From: Trichosphaerium sp. ATCC 40318 | Taxonomy: Eukaryota; Protista; Tubulinea | DNA: 64,000 nt | NCBI GenBank assembly: GCA_038496445.1 | Contig: JALMLS010000341.1 | Coordinates: forward strand, 99,663-163,662 | Direction: 5' to 3' | Shown here: positions 47,443 through 60,316 of the stretch, piece by piece | How positions within the stretch are numbered: the first letter of the stretch is position 1 | How the letters are laid out: every line of letters begins with the position of its first letter | Made by a program: the position numbers and the translations under genes | Notes under the pieces: model-generated | Told to the model about the DNA's origin: nothing | Database searches by the model: none | Seen by the model: only the letters and a program-made list of their open reading frames with translations

Positions 47443-49341
47443 TATCGTTTTAGTAAAGGAAACAAACTCATTTGAGACACATCAATTTGGTGGCTATTGG
47501 CCTTTTCGCGTGAGTTGATTGCTTGTGGCAATGGCTTGAACGTTTTATAACACCTGTGTATCGGTCAGAGCTCTTATGATTTAGCTGCCCTTCCTCGTCT
47601 TTGATTGTTGAATTAAAGTGTTAAAAAGTTATGGGTTGGTGGTGTTTATTTTTTATCAAGACAATCTACTACTATGCTTACTTTCTCTTTTGATTCTGTT
47701 TTCCATTGTGGCTTACAACCATCTTTGTTCTTGTTGTGAAGTGTCATATTTCCAGTAATATTAACAGCATAAAGTACATCACCAACGAAAAAAGGCCTAG
47801 TACTATAAGAAAACAAAAGTGTTAAGCAATTACCTATCAATGCTATCGTATACAGTAACACCATTAAATGCAATGTTGCCCATTGTCCTGTCATCATTAA
47901 GAGATATGGGATTCATTTCATCAATAGCTACATCGGATAGTGTTACCTTAGAAAACGACATGCTTGAGGTTGGTTTTTTATGGTGTAAATAGATGCCTAA
48001 AGTAAGTCAGTACAATTCTATATAGACAGATTTGTGAAAAAACAAATTAAGGACATATATATGAAGAAATATCTTAATCCTTTGAACTTTGTTTCTTTCA
48101 GTACCTGCACTACTCGAACTCGAAACAGTGGTGTTTTCAATATTTATAAACCCTGTTGCTTCTATAGTTGCCAGGCTAACCAAGATTCCATACGAGGCAC
48201 CATATTGCAGGTTACTATCCTTAACAGTGACAGAGATATCAGCATTGTTAGCAAGTCTGCCAAGATACATTTTGAAGTTGGCGCCAGTATTCTAAATTTT
48301 ACATAACTGTTGTACAGATCGCTACTAGTTAAGCGGTACATTGAAAAATGAACATCTATTGAATACGACATCTACAACTTTGTTGAGAGATGTATCTGGT
48401 TCAATATCAACACCGGCTAAAATCGTAGTTAACACCTGTATTGTGAAAAAAATGCGTGGTTTTTTTGGAATACCTTGTGGCAATGTCCCGTTCGTAATTG
48501 AGAAAACACAATCCTCTGCTAGTAAGTGTTCCGCTGATATTATGGACATGCCCTAATGTGCGATTAACTAACCATCAAACAGCAGCAAAATTGCCCGTAC
48601 TTGTCTGTAGTTTCTATCCGAAACTACATTTTTGATATAAATATTGCTGTCTCCAGGGCCTATAAAAACACCTAAACAATACGTTACGACTATTAAGAAT
48701 ACCACAAGATTTCCTCACCGTCACCACCAGTTTCTGTCACTGTCAAGGGACCCAATATGTTAATGTGCGAAGAATACTCGACCTTAATTCCATGACGAAA
48801 TTCTGACACATTGTATTGTTTTGGATTTGTGTAATCCATTCTATGCATACGTAGTGTTGCCATACTACCAGAAGACATTACTGTGATATTATTCAAGTGA
48901 GATATTGTAAACAAACAGTCATCTAGTCGCTTAAAAGCGTTCTGTTTTGCCAACAATTCAACACCTTGTTCAAATACAATCGTTTGGTTGCTGTGCTTAG
49001 CAAATAAAGGTTGCGTTATCCATGGTTTTCCAACGTAAGGCACGATGACCTAAAACAAGAAATCACGTGACAAAACACTTTACAGCTATAAACAACCTGT
49101 TTTTGCGGCGCTAGTTGTTGTGCTTGCGCATTGTTTTGTATGGAGTGAAAACGCATTATAATGTTCTTGTTTAGTTTACCTTGTAAGTTAACTGGGAAAG
49201 AGATAATTGTAGAAACTCTGTAGAGTCGTCTTCATTAAATCCATAGCACTTTACGTTGACTTCTTGTCGGTTGTAGCAAGGATCAGTTGAAGTAGCACTT
49301 ACCGTTAAAGCGAGGACTAGCAATACAAGGTATTGTAACAT
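47443..49341 (-). CDS. Secreted right-handed parallel beta-helix (pectin-lyase-like) protein; 3' end approximate
   Basis: Signal peptide; DDSTEFLQ, EFRHGI, GGDG, DRNYRQGMSIIS, TNGTLPQAGVDIEPD motifs. Confidence 0.75.
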
Positions 49342-50434
49342 TGTGAATTAGAGTTAAACAAAGTGAAAATACCTTGTTGACCAAAATTGGTCAACAATAG
49401 TCATGTGGTTTTTAGTGTCTCGAGATAAGTCGTAAAAGGGACGACCGTCTATTGGTCTATGAAGAAGGACAGAACAAAACTTTGCCTTGAAGTGATCTTA
49501 ACCAGTTAACAGTACAAATGGACACCTACCAAGCGATAAAGATATCTACAAAAAAAATATGTGAATTCAACATGACATTATCGATTTGGACGCACAAGTG
49601 TACGTACAGTGGCCACTTCTTTCAAACACATAGCAATGATCACGAGGTTAGATAATGTGATGGAAAAGTATGCAACTGGCAAAAAAGAACTGACAATCGA
49701 GTTATGCGTCAAATATTCTACAAACGAAGTACTATAATTCGTAGATGGTATAACGTGAGGGAGAAGGAAAGGTTTGGTACAGCAATGCTCAATTGTAAGG
49801 GGTTTTTACTTATGTCAATAGTGAACATCAAGGACATTAGAGCCATCCTTGTATGCTATTAGTACATTGATTTCGAAGTGTAATGGTAAAAACAGAAAAG
49901 GATTTGTGGAATACTGAGAAACCTTTTTTTTTATAATACCTGCTGCATTCATAGGTTGGAATATACTACCAATAGCCTATCTGAATCATTAAACTCAATG
50001 TACAAAGCTTGCAGGAATGGACTGAGTTCTCCACGTGGTATGTTTTTAGGTATTAATACTATGGAAAGGCAAAGTTTGCGTGGAATCAACGCAGTCTAAT
50101 GTCTAGACACCGTTTGCAATTTGTAGTTTGCTCGTTAAACAACACTTACAAATACCATTGTGTACACCAGACACCTCGTCTACTAAACACTCACAAATTG
50201 AATATTACCAAACTCTTTTTAACACTGAAGCAAGCATGCAAGTTCAAGGTTAAGCTTATTTTATGCAATATAGTATTATCGGGGGTAGCTCCAATAGTTG
50301 TAGGTAGTTCCCAATAAAGCCCATAAGGGCCGAGGATCGCTCCATGTTTGGGAAAACTTAACGCTTTTCAATGAAATACATACCATAAATGTAAAAAAAC
50401 ACGAACTAAAAGGCTCACGTGACCTCTTGAACCT

Positions 50435-52697
50435 ATGTATATTACGTTCATTATTATCGCGTGTTTGCTGAGCAATGTTTCACCTTTTATAATGTGGGCA
50501 GGAGGAGTTACAGACAGCCAAGCGACAATAGTGATTTCAGGTACGCCAATCCTCTTCGCTTGTTGCTGTAGCCAATTTCTTGACTGTTTACCAAATTAAC
50601 GGCTAGGTAATCAAGGAGGGACGCTATCCTTGAGTTCGAGAGCAGATCTAGCGTCCCCAGCACGTGCATCGGCAATAACAAGTGATCCTTTTAAGATTAC
50701 ATTTCAAAACTTAACAGCTTCATCACGATACTATTATGGCGCAAGTACCGCTAGAGTTGGGACTTTTTCAACTTTTGGTGAAGGTCAACAAAATTTAAAG
50801 ATAATTGTTGGCTCTTGCGCTGACACCGCTTCAAACAACAGTACGAAACACCACTTTTTCAGGAAAAAATCGCACGTGTTTTCGGTTTTTTTGACAAATA
50901 CTTTTTTAGAAGTTTTCTCGGCCATTAAGAATCAAAATGCTGATTTGATGATTCATTTGGGTGACCTACATTACAAAGATATAAGCACAAACAGCATTCA
51001 AGCTTTCCGTGATGCTTATGAACTTACCTTTAAACAAAACAGACAACGTGAATTATTCCAAAGTCTTCCCATGAGCTATATTTGGGATGACCACGATTAT
51101 GGACCAAATAATGCTGACTCAAGCTCGCCTAGTAAACCAGCAGCTAGGTCAGCGTATAGAATGTACTTTCCACATTATCCTACAGAGCTCTCTCGTAAGT
51201 CTTTTTGTTGCCAATACAAAGACTAACACATGTATTTTTAGCTCCTGATCTTCAAGCAAGAATAAACCAAGCATATACTATTGGTAACGTTAGATTTATA
51301 ATAACAGATTTAAGATCAGAGGTAATGAAGTTGTTTCAGAAACGTAGTGGAAATACGTAAATGAGTTTTGTTCATTTTTGCTGCAGCAAGTGTCAGAAGT
51401 TGAGGTCATGAGTGAAGAGCAGTTTCAATGGTTCAACAATGAATTGTGTTCAGCTTCTTCATATTCTCTGGTAGTATGGGCTAATACTATCCCATGGATA
51501 GGAAAGCCATCTGCGGTGAGTCACGTTTAGTTCCATATACCTTCTTTTTTTCTTCGAAAAAATATGCTATTGAGAAAATCTAACTCGTCAGCAGGGCGAT
51601 AGTTGGCTTGGTTATACAAGTGATAGAATAAGAGTTGCTAATATAATAAAGAATTGTAGTGTAACAAATCTTATTGCTGTAGCAGGTGATGCTCACATGC
51701 TCGCAATTGATGATGGTGAGCCTTTAATAACTGTTTATTATTTTTAATAGCAATAGGCTCAAACTCGGACTATGCCACTGGTGGCGGAGCAGGTTTGACT
51801 CACTGTCAACACCAGTACTTTTTAACAAGTTTTAAGGGTTTCCAATATTCCAAGCTGCAGCATATGATCGCATTGGATCGGCCAAAGGAGGTCCTTTCTC
51901 TGAAGGTATCAATGTTTTACATATTCGAATTATTTTCTCAGCAACACGATTGACTTTATCGTAACAGGTTGTAAAAGTTATGAGTATCATTACGTCAATC
52001 AATATGGTGTGTTAGAGATTGAAGATTCCGGTACAGGCCCTGTATGTGTTAAGATGAAAGGATACAGAGGAGAAGACGCTAACCCTATTATACAATGGTC
52101 AGGATGTGCTCCATTTGTAAAAACGTACTGTAATCTAAGCAAAAATTTGAACTCAACTAGTTTTTCAGAGGACAACCAGGAAACGACGCTTCATGTGACA
52201 TTGAAGCATTCCCAAGTACAACCTTTAATAATTTTGTTGTAATCTTAAAAAATTCTCACTAATCTGTTTATAGCATGGATCTATGGTCTACTAGTCCCTG
52301 CTGGAGTATGGGCATTAATACTAGCATCAATATCTATCATTCAATTTTTCACTCCTTGGCGACTTGGTAACACGTGCTTCTGGCTTGGCGTAGGCAAGTA
52401 GTCAACTTGTTTACTTGTTTTCTCACCTTATACTTTCTTAGTATACGCTGTAGTACTTGTATGTTGGATAGTAGCTAGTGGTGCTGCGCCTATCCCTTTC
52501 TTACCTTTGTTTATGGTATGCGCATTTTAGTTTTAAGTACATCAGAAATTAGTTTTTTGCCTCTTACTCAAAAGTAGGGTATTGGATTACTTGCGCTTGA
52601 TGCTGTATGGACAGTTATTCTAGTATGTTTGTACTTGTTTCATTATAGTATAATATCCAAAGGGTCCAGTAGTGAGCTTAAACCAATTACAAAATAG
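50435..52697 (+). CDS. PhoD-like phosphatase (copy 2), inverted paralog of 19513-21780
   Basis: Near-identical exons and introns; HLGDLHY, WDDHDYG, GDAHMLAIDDG. Confidence 0.88.
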
Positions 52698-52899
52698 CCA
52701 TAAAAAATAAAAAAAGAGTTTGTCTACTTGATTCTCACAATTTTCTGGTGTAAGTTTGCAATATCTTGTATTCAGCAAAAGTGTCAAGTGAATATCAAGC
52801 GCACTTGTTGTGTATTTTAGCACTGCCTCAATACGAGCATTCAATTGTCACAGTGCACTTTGTGTCTAAATCATCAACAACAGCAAGTATATGTTATAT

Positions 52900-54089
52900 C
52901 TCCCCTGCCACGTGAAGAAAAAAGTAAGTATATCTCCCGGTGATTCCACAGAATTGGTTGGTAGTAAGAGATATTGGTTTGGATTGAAGATTCACAACAA
53001 TACTATAAACCACTCAATTGAGTTTAAGCTGTTGGTTGAGCAACATCTACTGGCTCTGTTCCCAGAGTATGTTACGTGAGGCGAAAAATTCAAAGGGAAA
53101 ATAGATTGCAACAGTAATCAATTCACTTATGGGTATAGTGGTCTCCCAATAGTCCTACTACTTGTTTCACCTCCAAAAAGTGTAGGTACTAATTCATTAT
53201 GGGATACATGATAACAGCTTGTTGTACTGCACAGCATTTATCAGACAGTGACTACCATCTAATACTCCTCCTTATTGCGCTCAGTGTAAAATAACAGTAA
53301 CTCCAAATTTGTATTTTGTTATCAGTTTATTCTACATTTCTTTGTCACTCTAATCACATCCATTCCCATCGAGGTTGGAAAACCTTGTCACAAACGGATT
53401 TAGTTTGTTGAACTCTAAAACATAAAAAAAACAAATGTTGTCTCGTCATACCATGTACAAACGGTCAGATGTCAACTTTTGTGACACCAACAAACATTTT
53501 CTACGTTTGTTGTACTCGTTTGGTGTTATAAAGCCAGCCTCAAGCAAATTAGACAAACCTTTGAGTTCTCTAGTAATCTGTTCATCATCTGCGATAAGAA
53601 TAGGGCTGAAACTATTACGTGTCAACAAGGTTAAGAGACTTTATCTTAAAAAGTAGTTGTATACTCGGATTGTTGCTTGGTGAAATCAACTGGCGCGTAT
53701 TCAGCGGGATTTATCCTTGTTTGTCTGTACAAGCGTTAATTAATTCTAAACTGAGACGATAATCATACGAATACTCAAGAGCCAACGCTAAAGTGATTTT
53801 AAAGAAAAACGTACTTGTTCGTTAAATTGTAAGAAGTAACAGTAGGTTCATATTTTGTTGCCTTAGGCGCCTGTGGGCTGTTTCGTCTGCGGCTATTTGT
53901 TGCTGGGTTGTTTTGCTGTATCGTCTGCATTTTACGTGCGGAAAGGCCGTTGAATATAGGATTTACGGCACTTGCAGCAGCGGGCATTTCTTGCATTCGC
54001 CTTGCAGAGATTTCAGGCACAATATCATTGTACATGGTTGCCATACGCGAAGGCTTTAACCCCGCCGTCTTACGTCTACAAGTTGCCAT
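52900..54089 (-). CDS. Hypothetical protein with a SHOCT-like helix pair; boundaries approximate
   Basis: Exon 54089-53815 and internal ELKGLSNLLEAGFITPNEYNKRRK. Confidence 0.45.
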
Positions 54090-54397
54090 TGGTGTCTGTG
54101 TAAATCAATTTTGAAACAACAGTCACGTTGACCTTGTTTGCACATTGTCTATTTTACCTTGAAAGTACCAATGTACAGTGTACCTAATATATGCAATCTT
54201 CCAACTTGGTTAGAGAAAAAAAGCGAGTTTTCTAAAGGAAAAACGAACAATTTGAATAGAATTGGATCAAAACCTTTGACTACGATTCACTTAACAGTTA
54301 CGCTTTGCAAAGCATGGTTTATTACTTTTACGTGATCTTAACAACAGAGGGAAGTAGAAATGGGTAGGTCTCTTTGCAACGAAGTAGCTGAGGTTTT

Positions 54398-57043
54398 TCA
54401 GAACGCATCATCTACTAGTTGTGTTGTTTTTGATGACTCTGTTGGCTCCCTTCCCATTATGCATACATACGCAAGTCCGTTACTCTGATATACATAAGGG
54501 GTCTTGTTTGTAGTATATTCAGCTCCGTTAATATCAAAGATTCTTTCGAACTCGGACTGGCCACGTTCTTCCTTTGTTGTATATTTGTAGTCACGTGGCG
54601 GGAACAGTTTACCTTCCGATGCGTGGCCTCGAAAGTTTAGAAGGCGGTTACCGGTGATTTTAAGCTGAGGACCATGGTTTCTAAGCTATTCAAAGAAAAG
54701 TGAGGATGTATGTAAGTAAGGAGCTTTGTACTTCTATCTTTGCTTCGATAGTTCCTCCGCGTTGTACATCATTTAGATTTGTTACATGTGAAACACCTGG
54801 TAGATCCAAAACGACCACCATTTGCTTAGGGACGCCTTGAACTTGTTCCGTAGTTGTTGTGTCGCCGTTGACATGAAGAACAGTACACTAAAACAATATT
54901 AGTACTTCTAAGTTTTGGCACAAGATTAGTTTAAAGTGTTTTTCTCCTACCTTTGGAATCCATGGTCCCTCTGCTAGGGTGATGTTGTATCCATCGAACT
55001 TGACTTCGTAAGATGATAATTCGAGTTTATTTTTGACTTTCAGTAGAAAGCTAGCACTCTAAAGAACGTTTAGCTGCGAGAAATACAACATCCAGCAGTA
55101 TTTTAATCACCTTTCTGAGTGCTTTTTGTTCTACTTCACTAGTCTCAGGGTAGGTCCTCCAATCGTTAGGGTCTATTTCTGCATCTGCCGTCTTTGCGAT
55201 TTTAGCAAGAGACACCTGACAAAGAGTCAAAGTGGTTAGCTGCAAGTTGGTAAAAAAAAGTTGTACTATTTGATTGTTGTTGTATTCATCCTTCATCGCA
55301 TCTGGTCTTGGAATAATCTCTACACCGGATACCTAGTACTTAATTAGTTTATCAATATCAATTAAACAAGCTATTGCGTACGTTTTTGCAGAATGTTCTG
55401 AGGGTTACCTCCGTATACTTTGTTATTTGCTCGAGCAATTTCATTCTCTTATCTCTCTTTACAGATTCTAATCTATTACGAAGGAATTCAATAACATACT
55501 TATTCCATTCCCCAGCTTTAGATCCTTCTTTTGCGAGAAAAACGTGTGTAACCCCTTTGTTATGTGTAGTCAAATAGTGAAGAGGAGTTTTCCTTCCTTC
55601 AACTGGATACTCACAAATACTAGTACTATTCCGTCCATAGGCTCGAAGTAAGCTCTTAAAAAAATGTTGGTAAACGCGGCTATTGGTTGTCGACATTTTT
55701 CTTGACGTTTCGTTTTTGTGGTTTTTACAATCTTTTCGAAATCACGTGATTTGGTTTTTTTTTTGGTTTATTTCAAAATTCTTTTCCGACCTTTTTTTTG
55801 CTAAAGTAAAGGTCGCATACAGAGCACTAGCGAAGAGAAGAGTGTCTACCTCACACGCTGGCAAAGAGCAAATAGAAAAGAGAAAACGGTAAATTTTTTT
55901 TTCAAAATTAGAAATTACCTTCCACATAACCAATAGGTCAGAGTCGGTTTCGACATTTACGTAGTTATGTACTACATAGATTGGCATCGTCTGCTTTTCA
56001 ACTAAATCTGATATTCTTGCGTGATGGTAAATTAATTCAATATGTTGCTGTTCCATCCAAGTTAGGTCATTTACTACGACCATTATTGCGTCTGATAAAC
56101 AAAAGACAAGGTCTTTTAGAAACATCTCAGTAGCTTTCTTGTTTACAAGCTTAGTCTCCGAAGACGCAACTAGAAGAAAGTTAAACACATAAATGAGACG
56201 TTTTTAAAGCTAAATAACAACCGTACAGTCTTGTAAGGGCGAGTTTGTTCCGGCAGTATCAATAAACAGAGTGTCTTTTAGCTTTCCTTTACCAATAACA
56301 AAGCTCAGGCCTTTTGTGTTTACCTTTCTGTCTGCTGGTAAGTCTGCTTGCGCGAGTTTGTTCGTAAGGAACGTTTTCCCTTTGTTGAAGAGCCCTGAAA
56401 CAGAAACCTTTGCCACGTCAGCTCGAATTATAATTTAACTTCTCATAAGGTCCCAAAACTCTGAAATAGAGTGTTTTTTTTTTGTGGCTAGCGGTTCACA
56501 CGTGGGACAACGGAGTTGGCCCGTGTTAAGAACAAAAAAGATCAATCCGTAGCCATTGGTGTGAGGCTTGGAAATATTTTGGATATGCGGTATGGAAATG
56601 GTTTAGGGTACGAGTTATGAAAGAACTAAAAATTGATCTTTTTAAAATAAAAATAGGGGTCAACTCCAACTGTAGCGTCCATACCATGTTAGGGTATCCT
56701 AATGAGTCTTCCAGTTGTTTTAGTACTTCGCCTATGTGGTCCACAGCGTCATGAAACTGTTCGCTACCTTTTAACAGTGTTAATCAATCTACAGTTAAAC
56801 AGTACGCTCAGGTGTTGTATTTGTGCTTGCCTTCTTCGGTGTACTCTGCTGTTATTATTTGACGTTGCTTCTCAAATATTCGTTTAGAAACAAATATTGG
56901 CCATCCAAGGTGCCCTTCACAGTTTTAACTACAATAACTGCCAAAAAGGTAGCGTAAGGTACGTCACCTTTTGACACATCATCAATATCTATTACGATGT
57001 CATACTCTTGAGTGCGAACACTGCTTGCCCATGTAGTACCCAT
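54398..57043 (-). CDS. P-loop GTPase-like protein with a C-terminal HSP20-like domain and a possible N-myristoylation site
   Basis: VSVSGLFNKGKTF (G1), IDTAG (G3), VVHN; C-terminal VVVLDLPGV..LKITGNR..EERGQSEFERIF; N-terminus MGTTWASS. Confidence 0.7.
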
Positions 57044-57820
57044 TTGCGTTGAATTGTAAGTTGTAATTGGGACTGTTACTTAAGTGATGACTTAAAGTTG
57101 CAAAACTCATGGGATGGCTAAGAAGGTTGAAGACATCCTTAGTTGACCAAGTAAAATGCAGAGGAGGCGGCCATCATGATTACCAATAAACAAACCAACC
57201 TTATTGACTATGACTTGCAATCCTGTGAAATAAATAGCTATTAAAAACCATTGTATCGCAATTAGATGTGAGAATCGCCTGGAAAGGGTTTTTGAGTCAC
57301 GCTTTCAACTCATACCAATTGAAATTTGGGTTGCATGTGAAAATGGAACAAGCATTTAAGAAATATTGTTATATTCATGTTTGAATTAACAGGTACATGC
57401 GTTAAAGAATTGGCTGGTGTTCAAAAAATAGGTCTTCGATTACCAACGTCGTTTTGTTAATATGGTTGACTTTCCAACATCGCACGTATTTCTTTTTAGA
57501 TGCGCGGCGAACATATTTTATTTCGGTTTTTGGAGGTCATGTCAGCTTATACTGACGAAAACGAAGTAATTGTGCCAAGTATCTTATTTTCATTAGGCAT
57601 TTGTGGAACAGTAAGACCACTTTTCAAATTATCCAAAACATATATTGTCGCCACCTCTTAATAGAAACATTCACTTGATTTGGCTATCGTATGGGTGGTT
57701 ATTACGTCACGTGTTCATTTAAAAACAGGTTAAGCAAACGGTTTTCAAACGCATGAATTATTTGTGCACTCCCCACATACCTACCTTCCGTGTACAGCGC
57801 TGCCTATAATTTGCAGTTCC

Positions 57821-58956
57821 ATGGGCCATAAAAGCAGTAAAGAAGTAAAGCCCACAGCTAACACTCCAGGTAGCTAAACTGATTTTTCTTCTCTATTGCT
57901 CTTTTATTTAACACAGTTGCTGTCGATTTTGATTAACTAACAGCGCACATAGCGCCTACAAAACCTACCAATGTTATCAAAGAGGCTCCAAAAGAATAGT
58001 AAGACACTCATTTCATGTGTATCTATTTACTGACACTTCTTGTTAACCAAAGCGATTATTTATTCAACATAGCACCACTTGGAGATTCTGGTGTTGGGAA
58101 AAGTAGTCTCGTGCTTAGATTCGCTGATGACACATTTACGGAAGCATTCATATCCTCCGTTGGCGAAGAAGGAAAAGTACACAGTTTTACAAGACAAAAA
58201 CTCCAACATGTTTTTACCCTTTGTGTAACTACTTTTTTGTTTGAATTAAATCACGTGACAATGGTTTGTCTTTAACTTTCTACGTTTAGAAAATAAAAGA
58301 TATCAAGATAGAAGACGAAAAGATTCTTAGGCTACATGTTTACGATATTTGTGGTACGCTTCTCTATGGCACTGTACTACCCTTTAACACACGTTTTTTT
58401 AAGGCCAAGAAAGACGTTTTTTAGGCAGATGCAATCCCTATAGAGTTTATCATGGTGTTATGATAACTTACGACATAACACGCCAAGAGACTTTTGATGA
58501 TTTGGTCAAGTGGATGAATGAGCTTGAAAGATATGCGGGAGACGACCTCCAAAAAATACTTGTGGGAACTAAATGCGATCTAACAGATCGCCGTGTTATT
58601 GATACTGATACTGCCAAGGTAAACAAACTCAGTAATGCTTGGCATCATCTGTGTTTTCATTTTGTTTAACACTCACAAACTGTTTCAGGCGTTCGCTGAT
58701 ACTCACAAGATGGAGTTCTTAGAGACATCATCCAAGGACTCAATAAATGGTATGATCTTTATCTACGCATGAACTAGTTTAATAATTTGATTTTGTAGTG
58801 ACAGAAGCCATTGAATTATTGTCATCTAAAATTATGGCAAACATTGTGAAAAAGCAAGAAGAGCAAAATCAGAATAACGAGTCGGAACAAAGCACAAGTG
58901 GATCCAATCGTACCAAAAAAAAAAAAAAAACAAAAAAAAAGAGCAGTAAGCAATAA
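57821..58956 (+). CDS. Divergent Rab1-like small GTPase with an N-terminal MG motif and no C-terminal Cys
   Basis: KEYDYLFN, GDSGVGKSSLVLRFADDTF, DICGQE, YDITRQETF, LVGTKCDL, FLETSSK; ends KKKKKTKKKSSKQ. Confidence 0.88.
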
Positions 58957-60316
58957 ACAACATAAAAATAAACTCAGATACACTTGTGGAGTCATGTTTT
59001 TTTGGTTAGTTGTAGCAACACCAGTATCAGTACTTGGTGGTTGTGCATCGAACATTGGATCATACATACTTATAGCACTTTTTCATTAGCATCATGGCGC
59101 AATTGACAATGAAAAAGCTTCTCCTTTACAACAAGCTTAAAAAATAAAGTATTATACAGCATCCTCAATACCGGATGTTTGAAAGCTGGTACCCTACAAC
59201 TTTGTGAACTATTGTCTGTTTCATTCAAGTTTTGAGACAGACTGACTTTTAGCAAAAAAAATCCAGTTCCTGCCCGATCTGTCAGATCTGACGGATTTGA
59301 CACTTCTGGCAGATCTTGCAAATTGTAATTTTTTAAATGTGAGCTACCCTGTCGAGTGAATCCAACCGTTTCAAACCCACGTGATTTAACAAACCTCATA
59401 GCAACTTTTTTATTTACATATTTTGACACCTAGCAGCATTTACAAAGCCTACAGGTGGTGTTTTGGGGCGGTTTTGACTTTGTTAAACCTTCATTGCTAT
59501 TTGGATGCTACCATGGCACTTCTGTTAGCGTGGTAGGCGCTAGCGTAGCGCTAGTAAGTTATACATGTACGTTGATTTTTTGAAGCAAAACATACTGCAA
59601 ATAGTGTTTGAGGCATTCATACCGTGTTTGGCAGTAATGCGATAGCTTTGTAGGACATCATACCTTTTTAATTCGATTTCTAGCTCATGAGCACTTCTGT
59701 GGTTTGATCGTACCGTGTACAGTTTGCGTAGGTAAAATACTGAGATCATCTTCCATCTATTGAAACTGACATCGAAAAGTTTGTTATTACTTAAGGTACG
59801 TAAGTCACACTATGAAGGACAACATAGTAACGTAAATAGTTCACATTGTGATAGATCTACATCATTTGACAGAAGTGTCAATTTTTGCTAGATCTGCTAA
59901 AAGTGCTACTTTCTAGAAAATATTAGTAAAACTTGAATGACACAGACAATATTTTCTATGAGGTTTTCATGTTATAACACCAGTTGATGTTGTGAGAGTT
60001 AATACCAAGTGCCTTGCTAGAGTACGTATCTATTGTGAGCTTCCTGTCATGTATCTGGTTTTCGCTAATCGTTTACCCAGCTTATTTGAAAAGCACATGA
60101 TCATGGTGTCATAAACACAAATTTGATTTGGGTTTTGGAGCTTTTTGTCGCCACCTCTAAATACACATTTATTTGATTGGATTTCGTGTGGGCTTGTATC
60201 GCGTCACGTGTTCATTTAAAAAAATTTCGCTAACCCGAAAAGCTTTATTTGTTTGCTCACTTCTCTCAGCCTACCCTTGAAAGACACCTACTGCGTTGCC
60301 TATAATTAGCAGAGAT

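Noticed and set aside
50281-50355. tRNA-like start GGGGGTAGCTCCAATAG
   Set aside because: No T-loop (GTTCRA) and no consistent cloverleaf.
59070-59749. Minus-strand ORFs between the Rab copies
   Set aside because: No recognisable motifs or coherent exon chain.
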